The position numbers and the translations under genes were made by a program. 64,000 nt of DNA from Styela clava (lineage: Eukaryota), in the NCBI RefSeq assembly GCF_964204865.1, contig NC_135262.1:7192001-7256000 (forward strand). Reading direction: 5' to 3'. Shown here one piece after another: positions 21,097-33,732 of this stretch (its first letter is position 1; every line of letters starts with the position of its first letter). The notes below the pieces were generated by a model. The model had not been told where the DNA came from. It saw only the letters and a list, made by a program, of their open reading frames with translations, and did no database searches.

Positions 21097-22768
21097 GTGC
21101 ATAGCACATATTGGAGCTTCGATTTCATATTGATTATACACGAGTCGCAACTGTTTTAGTTGCTTATCAAATCAAACAGATCTCTCGATATGATTATTTG
21201 AAAGAATGCATAACGAATGCCAAACTGAAAAATAAAGTTAATTTGCAATGTATTGGAATGATGATTAATCAACTTCGAACCACATGAGACGCAATATTAA
21301 ATATAATCAAACAATAAACCAAGCTTTTTGTATGAATCATTTTCTTGAGCATCTCTGAAAACGTATTATTACCAACCACTTAAGCCTGATTGAACACAAA
21401 ATTCTATAGTGGACACATGCGTGACGCCATGGAGTGTCATTGCTTGTGCATCGTATTGTCATCTGAGCTATCATATTACGCATATGACTAGAACAATGCA
21501 AAATTCTTGACTGCGCGTTCGTAACAACATTATATATTATAATGTTATTAGGTCTAAGTGTATATTAGCTCATTGTTTTATTAGTCTTGCAACAATGTTG
21601 CGTAAATGCAAAGAGTGATTGCTTCACACGAAGTTTTCACATTTGACCCAATTTATTTTGTCATGCACGAATGTTTTACCTTAAATTCCGAATAAAACTC
21701 TGCATCACCACGGTCTTATATGCAGTGTTTTTCCTGTTTTTATTTTTATTATGGAAGAACGTAATCTTTTCGACTGGGACCAAATTTTTAGGTAGGTGCA
21801 TCATATCTAAAATGCGAAACCAACAACTGCGCCCGGTTTGGCCGGTTTTGCTCGATATACAAATCGGAATTATAAATTATCCACAAATATCTTAATATCT
21901 ATATAGATATTATGGTCTATTGCGGGAGTTATCTATTAGTAAACCTCACAACCGATTTTCCCGCTTTGTCGTAATTTCATTTTCTTCTTGGTCACTTGAG
22001 CAAGGTTTTAGTCAGTCACAGCCATAAACGATATTAGACACCAAATGATTTCCAAGGATTGTATAACTTTGTAGAAAATTTTTTAAGTTCGTTTTTTATC
22101 TTATCCGTATTAATAAACGTATATAAAACTACGTCACTTTGGTAAAATATTCAAAATATCTGATCTGGGGTTGCGAATATACATAGTGTGATATATTGTT
22201 GCTCATTGCTGACAACTTGCGTTCATTCCGTTCAATTCCACACGCGATCTGCTTGTTACGTAGATCAGTTATTTGCGTCGTAACGGTTTGTATGAAGTTG
22301 AGAAGATGACAATTTTTTAAATGGAAAGACTTGAATCTCCTAGAGTTGAAAGTTCAGGCTTCTCTCATGTTCAGATTCAGAGTTTCTAACGAACTATAAT
22401 GAGGTTTTCCCGGAAGAGTGGTACAGATTTTAGCCCAACAGGTATAGGAAGTAGGGAAAATGTATGAAAATATATCATTTATTCTAGGCTCCAAGTCACA
22501 ATAACGCTGATTTGCGCCGGGTGCACATGAGTTTTTCACCATCTTGGACAATAAATGAACCAATGTATCGTTCTGAATATTTCTTCCTCGCGGGGCATGG
22601 AGAAGCTAGGACAGTCCGGGTACCGTTATACCCCGATACAAGTACTGGGAATTACCGTAGCTATTCCACAGTTCTAGCCTTATTCAGGATACCGCATGAT
22701 TTTTATGGGGTTGTTCGTAAAATATTTTGTTTTGGCTTTCGTGTCCATATATTTAAGCATTGCACTAC

Positions 22769-23013
22769 TGTGTTTGTTTATGAGTTCAGCCACAGAGATT
22801 CGAACACGTTTGTTAACATGGGGTGAGTAGCACAGTGTGATATATAGTGGGGTTGGACTGCAAATACCAGGCAGCAGTAGCAGAGCACATGATTTGTGTG
22901 ACTGGTGTATTTGTATGGTTGGTGACTGGTGTAGTCAATTTGTGACGTCACTCAGACGTCAATTTGTGTAAATAAAGAAGCTTGATCGTGATACACTAAA
23001 AAGCAGCAGCACA
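22769..23013 (+). mobile_element. Probable solo LTR (245 bp)
   Basis: TGTG...CACA ends with 5-bp direct flanks ACTAC; internal TATA-like GATATATAG, CRE TGACGTCA, and AATAAA about 40 nt before the end. Confidence 0.5.
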
Positions 23014-24271
23014 ACTACAAAATAGCCATATTGGGATGTAGTTTTGCTAGTGTTGGGTAAGAAACGGGTTCTTATCAGCCACTCTGTTCCTCGACTCAAA
23101 TAAACCAGGGTTTTGAGATGGGATTGATTATGCCGTCTGAACCACGTATCCTATTAATACATAACTTCTCATATATAGAGCGTATTTCTAAAACATGTCA
23201 TGCGAAACTAACTTCTAATTTAAATTTCTTCAAGTTTGCCTCAAGACTCCTCCTATTATCACTTACCAAGAAGACTTCAACATCCGCATCGTAATGAAAT
23301 TTATTCGGAAACATAAGAAGAAAAACAATAACGAAAAAATTCACGACGCAATTGATTTCAAAATATACTAAAAACTATTCTGTCTACTTTAGTTTCATCT
23401 TGCCCAGAGCATGAGAATCTATCTGAGAGGGACATGAGCCCGTGGCCAATAGGTTAGTATTCATTACTAAAAAATACTCTTGGAAACCAGGTAAAAAATT
23501 TGCTAAATTGTAAAGCCCGTGGATAGAATAGGTATCTGATGTTAGGTTCATAAGTGGCAATTACTTGGCCAAACAAAATTATTGGTTGGGAACAGAAAAC
23601 GGACAAGCAAAATAAAATTGAGCAAAAATAGCAAAAAAAAACGGAACAAAATATAAAAAATCTCAATATGGTTAAAAAGAAATAATACCAATTTTCCTAT
23701 ATTTTTTTCGAGTAATCGTTCCTATATCGTAGAGGCGAAACATGCTTGGCCGAATATGATAAAAAAATAAAGAAATTATATTTTGAATTACCGTCTTTTC
23801 AAGGTGGTGATTGCAACACAGTCGGCCAAGCATGAACGAGCTATGATTGATAATAGGTCCTTAAATCTTCAGTGATGAGGAACATGACGGTAATAGTAAT
23901 GACAAAAACATTTTTTTCATATTTACTTAAATAAAGTATACACACGGGAATGCAATAATGTAGATGGACGCAATAAATAAAGCTCACCAAAATTTATCCA
24001 CGACTATCTCTCTCCTAGTCAAATGTGATCAAGTATGAAACGTCACTATTTCATATTATTTATTATTCATACATGCTCGAAGATAACCCGGTGACAAAAT
24101 TTAATTTACGGAAATGTAAAAAAAGGGGAAAATGAGAGAAGAAAATTCAAAAGTTACATAAGAAATTGTAATTTGCCAAATACAAGATAAGATATAATGA
24201 TCGGGTTCGCGCTTTTTCCATTGCTAAATATTGAGAGAGTAAAATTTTGCAATGAGTATCACCTTGTACTA

Positions 24272-27200
24272 TTAAATAGGGTAAGGGTACTTTTTAAGGT
24301 ATTTTTTCAGTGGATTAGGTAAAGGTAGTTCATCCACAATATGATCATTTACCCAAAGTTTTTGCGATGTATTGAGTGTCTGTCGACATAGTCTTTGCAG
24401 GCTTGGAAATGTGTGTGGCTTTGAAACAGCCTTTGATAACAAGACTGGAATTTCATGGCGAAGTCCGTTTCGGCTCTCCCAATAACATATGAATTGCTCT
24501 TGACGTCTATGTTCAGAACACAATGTTGAAACAGCGTCATCTTGCGGAGAAGGATTCGAATTGTTTGATTTTTTCAAAGCAGCACATCGTTCACATTGGC
24601 TGTTTCTTTTCATAAATTTTCTCGTACTTCGTCGTTCAATTTCTAAACGTTTAGCGTAGAAAAGTACCATGCCGACGACGCACGTGAAAACGGGGGCAAT
24701 TTTTTTGACGTAGGGGGGATGATCACCGGACCTAGTAGAGTTCGAATTATCAGTTCGGTTCGAATTTGTACGGCTTTCGTAGTCAAATCGAAATTCTCCT
24801 TCGTTGTATATAGTTCGTATGCTTGTTGGTCCTTGGCCCGTCTTGACGCTCAGACTAAATAAATGTCTGAAAAAAGAAGAAATATATTAAAAAATTGAAT
24901 AAAAATGAGGCTTATAAAAAAATTCAAATTGTTTGTACTTTTTCCGAAAATGCAATTTTGCAATTTTTGTAAGAAAAAATGTCATAAATAATAATTTTAC
25001 TCAAAATCTATGCTTCTATTATATTCAAAAGTAAATCGAATTGCGAATTCGATTTTTAGAATACAAAAATATTTGGATATGATCATTATTAACATCTGTA
25101 CGCTGACAAAATCGGAGATAATTGTAATTTTCCCTACTCCACAGTACCATATAAGCATGCCAAAGGCGCTCTCTACTGTATCACGTGGCAATTTCCTAGT
25201 TACATAACTTCGTTACATAAGATCTGTCAGTGACGTTTTCAAAACATTTAGTGGCAAGCCAATGATTTGCCTCGGGGTGAAAGTAATGATTATGACTTCA
25301 AAATGTTATTAAATCCTCAAAAGTTATCGATGTTTTTTATTATTTTTTATCAAATTAAAAAAATTAAAAAAAAACTTTCGTTGAAAATTTAGATGTCAAA
25401 TATCGTAAAGTAAAATTTAAGCACATTCCATATTTTGATTATTGCAAATTAGAATTCTTTTCAAGATTTAAGGTAAAAATTATTTATCTGACAATTCGTA
25501 TCAATTTTTTCTCTTAAATCTATCAAATTGGTGTTAATTCTTCTAATAATTTTTTAGCTTTGTCACAGAAAGATAGCCATTGGCGATGACTCGTAGGATA
25601 AGAAGGTTCTTTATTCCGATATATGAAAGATAATCGGTCTCGCTATTCGACACCAAAATTCTGGGAAACTGTGTTATATAAAGTTTGCCAATATGAATAA
25701 TAACCCTCTTGTTTCTGACAGTTACGTAATCAAATTTTGACGATTTTTCCTATGAAGTGGATTACGGGTTAAAAATTTTATGTCGAATATTTTAATAAAA
25801 ATTTTTTTAAATGCTTTAAAATTTGACACACGTCACATTGTTTTTTTGTGTAAAGCGTCGTATTGTTCCGTGAATCTATTTTCTCTAAAAATCACACTAA
25901 TAGAATAGATAAATTTTTTTTTATAAATAGGTTGTTTTTATTGACGGAACAGTAGGGTTTGAAATACTGACAATGCACAATTATTATTTCTTTCATTTAT
26001 CCTCCGAAGACCACATCGGGAAATGCTACATAAAGCATAAGCGGCTAGCGATGAAGATTCTTTTTTTTTTAAATAAGGCACCAAATTTTTATTCGATTCA
26101 ATTATCCGACCAAAAACGTTACATAAGAACAAAAAGTTATCGTACGAAAAAATATTATATAAGCGTTACATAACTCGAATTTCAAGAAATTATTTAAACA
26201 AATATCCACACGACATTGGCAGGTAGATTAAAAGCGATTAATGGGAAACTTGAGAAAATCACTCAACAACATTTAAAAACAAAAATTTTTTACTTGTTTT
26301 TACATATTTCTTAATAGTTTATTTTTTCTGAAACACATTTTTTAAGTCGAATTCAACGAAAAAGATAAAAGCGCGATCGCAATATTTCACATAGTCATTT
26401 CATATTTGTACGTGTGTATAAACGTAACCATTTTGTGGGGAATAGGATTCTGCTCGGCTAAAAATATCTCCGTTGGGAATTGGCGATAGCGCTTCATTGG
26501 ATAGTCCAGAATTTGCATTTTTTCTTCGATTGACTTGATGGAGTCACCTGGAGCACCAATTGAGTTTTCGAAGAAAAGAACACGGACAAACAACTATTGG
26601 AAAATCTATTTAAAACCCATCAAAAAGGATTACAAACATGGAGAAAAGAAAGCAGAAAAAAAATTCCCGTTTCGGTTTGATCAATAATAATTACCCATTG
26701 TCTAATATGATAACGTAAAAATATGACGTTTTATCATCTTCCAATACACAATTTTACGTAATTTAGTAAAATACGAAATATTTACTGCGAAAGTACTAGT
26801 AATTTTTACTGGAAAATTTTGAATAACTGACAGAAAAAACTGCAAAAAATAGAGTTCAAATAAATGGAAAATAAGAAAATGTAAAAGTAGAAAAAATGTT
26901 CAAATCGCGCAATATAAATTTATAGTCTATTCACACATTACAACATTGGATATTTGTTTTGAATAACGTTTTCCAAGAATTCTTCATTACCAATTTTGAA
27001 ATTGACCTTGGAGTTCTAGGAAAATTTTTAATTGCCGTATTTTGAAACGTATATTTGAAAAGCTCTCGTATATCGCATTTGTAAACCGATAATTTTCCAC
27101 GAATTCGGTATTAAATCGTAAATAATTGAATGAAAGACATTCGCCGAAACTCTTAAAATAAGCATATATTCACCGCATACATTTGTGGTTATTATGTCGA

Positions 27201-30200
27201 AAATTATAAATGAATAAAATTAAAGTATTTTGTAATGAAAACTTTGTCAAATAGACGTCAATTTTCAAGTAATAAAACTCAGAGATTTTAATATTAATTT
27301 TCTGCCATTTTTATTTCAATGTGTATTGGGAAAATATATCTCCTACAAAATAAAAGTAGAATGACTTGCTTTTGATCATTTCGTTTGCCTGAAAATATTT
27401 CGTTACCATGGCAACCACCAATTTTCAGATTATCTGTAACGAATTGAAATTATCTGGTGTCAAAATAACGAGAATAATTTGACACCATCAATTCTAAGAA
27501 CGGTGGATGGAAAATCAGAATCTGATCTTGAGAACGGTTTCCGGAATTCAAATAATCTTTCCGCGTTAAAAAAAAAAGGGAAAAGGCAGTCGAGTGATGC
27601 TGCAATTTTTATTGCGAATTAAGATCCAGTGTCAGAATCCCGAAAAATAAAATCGAAATTAGACTGGATCCTACGTAAAAACAGTGTTCCCATTTACAAA
27701 AAATACTTATTAGGACAGTAAGGGTTTTTGTCTTCACAAGTTTGGTTGTATGACCCACATTGATCCCATCTAACAAACCACTGTTACTGAAAGATCACTG
27801 AAAATAGGCTAAATTGATGAAAAGTACTGTCGAATTTGAATTTTGTTAAAAACTTGACATTGCTTACTTTATATATTATAGAAACAATATTTCCGATGCA
27901 TGTAAATACGCGTATTAGGCTTGAAGTCTGGGTGATTGACTGGTGATATGGTCGCAAATCATAATTGCTATTTGAATGGCCCCTCCATTGGACTGCCTAG
28001 TTCACCAATGCAAAGGATATTTATTTGATTTAACAATCGGGTAAGCCAGCACAATATATAAACCACAGTTATTTGAGTACAGTTCTACCATTAACAAAGT
28101 AGCCGCAAACTTCTTGGAATAAAAACAGTATGTAATACATCATTATATCCTACATATGGCATCATAGGGTGCTATTTCCGAGAACGCTGTTGCGAAATAC
28201 TTGTGTCACGGGTTCATTTAAAATCAATAAAGAATTTGGAACTTGTGTTACGTTAATGCTTGTGAGTTTTTGCGATCCTTACGGGTGCCGATTTCGAGAA
28301 ATCGAGCGATGAAAAACCGCAAACGGCACATTTATAATAACCGCCAAAATCGTTGATTGCGTATACGTGTCAACTAGGCACCAGACTGCGAAGCTCCCGC
28401 CTTAATGTATTCCCGGAAAGGGACACAGGCGCGAACACCCGAGCGCGGGGCAATACAACTGGTACGTTTCGTGGAACACGTACTGCCTCTTTCGTAAGGT
28501 TGATGAATATGATAAACTGACGAAGACGCGCGCGTTTAATTTTCGCATTTGAAATAATGTTTACAAAGTATCACAATATACGGCTGTTTCAAGTACTATC
28601 GTTACCCCTTAGAAACTAACATCTTCTGTTATAGATTCTTGCCACAGAAAATATTAGTGAGAACGTTGTTTAAACTTGTTTTGATGAATAAACAAAAATG
28701 TTGCTTAGCAACGCATAAAGTGCCCTTTGTTTCGTTTCGTGTCCCGTGTCTGACAAGAAGGGAGTGGAGACTACAATCGACTGTTCAGTTGTAGATTCTT
28801 GCTCGAAAAAAATGGCGGGAAAAGATCGAAAGAGTGGCAAATATAGTTCGTTGATGTTCCCGGGCCTTCATGCTAGATCCCTACTTGGTACCGCCATCTT
28901 ATAAGGCAATTTATGGACAGTTATGAAACATGTAACAATGAATATCTGATAAGCCGTTTAACGTTGATTTACCAACAGCCGCTATGCAACAACGCCCATT
29001 TTATATGAAATCCGACACACAAAAATGTGCCTGTGTTTGTTTGTATTATTGCATATCAAAATTTATAATCGCGATACATAACCAAAACAAAAGTTCATAT
29101 TTTCCACACTTGAATCAGCCTAAACGTCACGTTTCGCCAAGAGATAATCATACCCACGCGTTCAATTTATATACGGATCATCTTTGATCATACTTCACTA
29201 GTGCCTGAATTGAAACCGCGCGAATGAGATATTAATAGAATTGAAAGCTCGATCGAGAATTTAACAACGCACAAATTTGTTTATAAATCAAATGTTGCCA
29301 CATTAATATAACCATGTAGTTCCAAGAAGATTAGTGCACACGGGTGGTTTACGTTATAACTGATTAAGGGAAAATGAATGTGGCCAACCTGGTAACGCTG
29401 TTTTTTGAAACACTATTACATGTTTAGGTGATGCATATTTGATTGTGTAAGTGCCTGAAAAACTATTTAACTTACTGAAAAATTCAGAGTTAACACTATT
29501 ACTATCAAAAACGTTGTGATATGTTTTACTGCTAAAAATTAAAGGATACGAATTCAGCGAATAAAGATGTAGACTAACATAACCACTTTATTCGTTTTAT
29601 TTTACTTATCAATTTGTTATATTGTTAAATTAAATTATTCTTGCTATACCCATACTTGCATTTGTATTTAACAATTTGGGTTTACGTTTCTACGATATAT
29701 TAGCTTCATGGAATTGTGAAAAGGGTCATGTGAGGACCAAGTGGTCTGACTTGTGGTAGACTACATATAACAAAAACAGTAAAGGAACAAAGTCATAACA
29801 TTATTTAAAGGATTTTTAAACATAAGCTATGAGAAATATACGCAGAAAGTTCACGACCGACAAATCCAAGAAATGGTCTTTGTTTAGACGGCACTGACTC
29901 ACGAGGAAAAAAACATCAACTGTCCCGACGGTATCTGTCACTCGACACCATGTCAAGCTAAGTTTTCCAAGAAACCGAGTAAAAACATCTAAGCCGGCGA
30001 AAATCGAAATTCACTTGAATTGGTCGGTGTTCCAAGAGTACTAATTTACTCGAAAGCTATGGCTTATCGCTTTGTGGCTTGAAAGAATTATTTCGACGAA
30101 TGGGTCTTTATTTTTATTCAGAAACATGCTGAAATCCAGATAATGTCACGTTCTTTCAAGCCATTTCAACATCCGCTCTCGGATATTGCCTATCGAAATT

Positions 30201-32264
30201 TTGTATCCATTTTCCCAGAAAAATAGTTTATATATATAGGTAAGTCCGATTATGGCCCGTGCTTAATAATAAGAAATTGCTGACTGATTTTTTCCCGCCT
30301 TCTACGAAAATTCATTTTGTATTGAAATTAAGCCACAAGCTAATAATTATGAAAAGCTTATTAAAGTGTTTTAGTTGGAAATCTATTGAAAAGCACTGTG
30401 ATGTCACGTTTTGTGGTTTTTCTGAAGATTTCCAATTCCGTGAAGAAAATACAGTTGACTCCCTGTTCGATCACGTGATTATTGGTGTTGACCGGTTAAT
30501 TAGAATATCGCTTTATTTAAATATTATGAGATTATTACCACGAATTGTTTGACCAAATTGCAACGTGCCGTCACCGTTTTAGAAAGGATTCTGTTATTTT
30601 TTCGTCAAATTCGTCAAAGAGAAAAACATATGGTCGAGTTTTCTACAAAATATATATCCGAAACAATCAATCATACAATAAATGCTATTACTCAATCGAA
30701 GTTATTTTCAACAAAAAATTGACGTCACACCGGCTCCAACGCCACTATTGTTAATCCCCAACTCAAATAATTCTCCTTTATATTTATTTCTGCTATCGAT
30801 TCTTATTATCTTTTTCTGCTGTATTTTTATGTACTAAAAGTTTCATCGTACGCTTGTCGATTTTCGCCAGAAAATGGGCGCAAGAAACATAGAGTTTCTT
30901 CAATTTTTTCGCGCTAATTCATTCATTTTATACCTTACGGAATAATCAGAATGTGCCAGGGTTTATTTGAATGTTTCTTGAATATGATGGAATTTGAATC
31001 TCGTCTATATGCAGTATGCAGATTTAATATTAGTTTTCGTAAAATTGAACCGCGGGCCTCATTTTTTGTGAAAAATAACCTGGAACACCCTATAATTAGA
31101 AAGCCTAAGTGAAGTCAATTAAAACACGAAAATGTCAGAATATCTCAAAACATTAGGCATATATTTTATCTAACGATAATATTCTGCGTTCTCCGACGAT
31201 CGTTAACATGTCCATTATGTCGTAACAATCACATAATAAACATGCTTTTCAGTTATGAATGTCACCATAGGCTAGTGCGCTATATTTTAATAGAAGTCAA
31301 GATTAAATCTTTGTTATTAAAATGCCAGTACCGGGTCGAGCGAACCCGCTTCACATTTTGGTCAAAAATAATATAATGATAAGTGGTGGCTTATAGTATA
31401 GAGTTAGACTTGTTTTCTTAAAAATCTGGTTCACGGCAGTTACATTTCTAGCCCAAAGGGAAATTTTATTGACGCTTGTGTTAGTGTAAGGTAACGTGAA
31501 ACTCAATTATATTATCGTGTTTTTCGAGCATCGCACGTCATGGGGTATTTTTTTTAAATCCAATGTAATTGCATAGTATGTTCAGAGAAATAAATAAAAT
31601 TTGAATGATATGAAGGTGAAATTTAAAAATGGTGAACTTACTTTGGATCGCTACTGTCTCGTAACAAAAAGCTTCCTGGCTCCAAGTCTCGAAGTACACG
31701 CTGCGCTTCTTGTGTTGTCATTTTGCCCCAATACCAGGGACATTCTTCAACTCTTTCCAAAACTTTGGCGAGCCTACATAGGTCGGTTACCTGGCCGGGA
31801 TCCTCTTGAGTTACATTACTATGTGAGGCAGTCCTTGAAAGTGTGGAAGAACTATGCGAGGAGGTTGCGGAACGCCTCTGACCTCGATTACTTTTTTGAT
31901 ACTCAACTAACTTAGCATAAGAAGCCATTGATAGTTGAAAATGTGGGGGCTTTGATGATGTAGAAGTACCATCGTGATGGGAATGGTGCTTATGATGTGA
32001 GCTCGGTTTGCGAGAAATATGACTCACAGACATGTCCTTCATATTAGCATTACTGGCTCCTTGCTGCAGTTGTTGGGATCGTTGTTGGTGTTGAAGAATG
32101 AAATTATTTCTACTTTCTCGATCTTCCGGTCGTATTGCTTGGTTTTTAGTACGACATGACAAGTTTTCCTGCGATGTTTGATGCTGCATGTTGCCATTCA
32201 GGTTTGGCGTCATCGCACATAGACTACTTTGGTTTTGAGAGCTCACTCTATCGTGTATATGCAT
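24272..32264 (-). CDS. SOCS2: Suppressor of cytokine signalling, SOCS2/CISH-like; core exons 32272-31642 and 24866-24272 (405 aa from the ATG at 32264; longer isoforms below)
   Basis: A phase-2 GT-AG intron (31641-24867) joins RLAKVLERVEECPWYWGKMTTQEAQRVLRDLEPGSFLLRDSSDP-K-HLFSLSVKTGQGPTSIRTIYNEGEFRFD...VFTCVVGMVLFY (SH2 with FLLRDS) to the SOCS box PSLQRLCRQTLN...VDELPLPNPLKKYLKKYPYPI*. The SVKTxxGPTxxR segment is SOCS2/CISH type, not SOCS4-7 type. Exact orthology is unresolved. Confidence 0.92.
25659..31589. promoter_or_regulatory. Intronic cluster of STAT-binding GAS elements
   Basis: TTCYNRGAA at 25659, 26971, 27014, 27492, 28111, 28176, 28410, 29320, 29965 and 30212, plus 9 looser TTCN3GAA matches (manual count). 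Confidence 0.7.
27402..27415. promoter_or_regulatory. Consensus X-box (RFX site)
   Basis: GTTACCATGGCAAC; a second site, GTTGCTTAGCAAC, lies at 28700-28712. Confidence 0.55.
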
Positions 32265-33226
32265 TTGGGGTGCTGGGAAATGATAAAACAAGCGGTTAAA
32301 TTAAATTCTACGATCACTTTGTATAGCTGACAAAACTACAGTACTCTATCAATAGAAGACGGAATAGATATATGGTCCTTGATATACGTATTACCTCATT
32401 TATATACTACTTATTGGGCAGCTTAATACACTGAATTTGAAATGTAAAGTACCAGAGGGGAAAACTCAACAAAACCAAATCCTTCGAAAATGTAAAATTG
32501 ACAAAGTAAATATAACTTTGCTGACGTAAAGCGATATAAAATGAAAGAGGACAAATATTAACAATAGAAACACACCTGAGGTAATACCGAAATAAAACCA
32601 AAACGGAAGTGTTAGAGGAAAGAGAAACAACCCTAAAAATTCAGTCCCATTGAGAAAATAAAAAATCTTATCAATTTGAAGTGGAGTAAACCTCTTATCA
32701 GTATGATTGACTATATTTGATCTGTCGTCAACAATCAGGGGAGAACTAATGCCTAAATCCACACAGTTAAACGCAGTTGTGAATCACTCTGGTCGGAAAC
32801 CTGAACTGAGTACATAAGTGCGGTTCCTGTTACGTGCATATAATATCAACCACTAGAATATATTCAGCGATATTAAACACACAAATCAAATGTATAAAAA
32901 AGTATGCCATAAATTTAAAAGTTGAAGCAGCGGGGAAAACAGTCTAACATCTACATCTTTTGTCTGTATTTGCTGATTTCCTTCAAGTATATTTCTTATG
33001 AAACTAAACCCCAAGGTTGCCAATACATTCGTATTTATAACCAGAAAATTCAATTTCCCCACAGACTATATTACTTGACACTCGCTCACAATTAAGCAAT
33101 ATACAGACAGCCATACAGGGGGGCATCAATATTTAAAACATTTACTTCTAATTTGTTACAACACTGACTCATGGTTGTTGATAAATTCTAACTAATCTGT
33201 ACCCGAACGCTGTATTTTTAACTTAC

Positions 33227-33732
33227 AATCGCCGTGTTGTCATAGATATATACACCAGAATGAATATATGCAAACTTAAATCTTAAAAAATATTGAACAA
33301 ACTTTAGAAAAGGTTGAATGAGACGGTTCCCTATTTTTTTTTATAAGACTTAAAGAATAATAAGCGCACGCAATATACACACTCTTTCCAAAATGGTCTT
33401 AAATGCTTTGACCAACTTAAAAACCAGTCGAGTTGTAGGCTATCTATTCATGCTGCGCTCTCCACCCTGACGGTGTTTCTCTACGATTGAGCTATCTTGG
33501 GAAGTACGACGCATGTTATTACCATTCATAACGAGAGAAGTTCGTAGCCCTACACATCGACGTCGGTTCTGAGAACTCGTCTAATTATTAACGCCAATAT
33601 CGACCACAAGCGGCTTTTGTTCGCTATTATCTACGTACCGTACATAAAGCATCATATGACAGTTTCTTCCTTTCATTAATTAATGAACTAGTTCCACGGA
33701 ATGTCGAGTGGCATGACGCCTGATTTTTTATA
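33227..33732 (-). promoter_or_regulatory. Candidate proximal promoter and non-coding first exon of a short SOCS isoform
   Basis: TATAAAA at 33732-33726; Inr-like ACATTCC with its A exactly 30 nt downstream (33702); GAS TTCTGAGAA at 33567; strong donor GTAAGT after 33227; next acceptor tttcccag at 32273. Confidence 0.4.
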
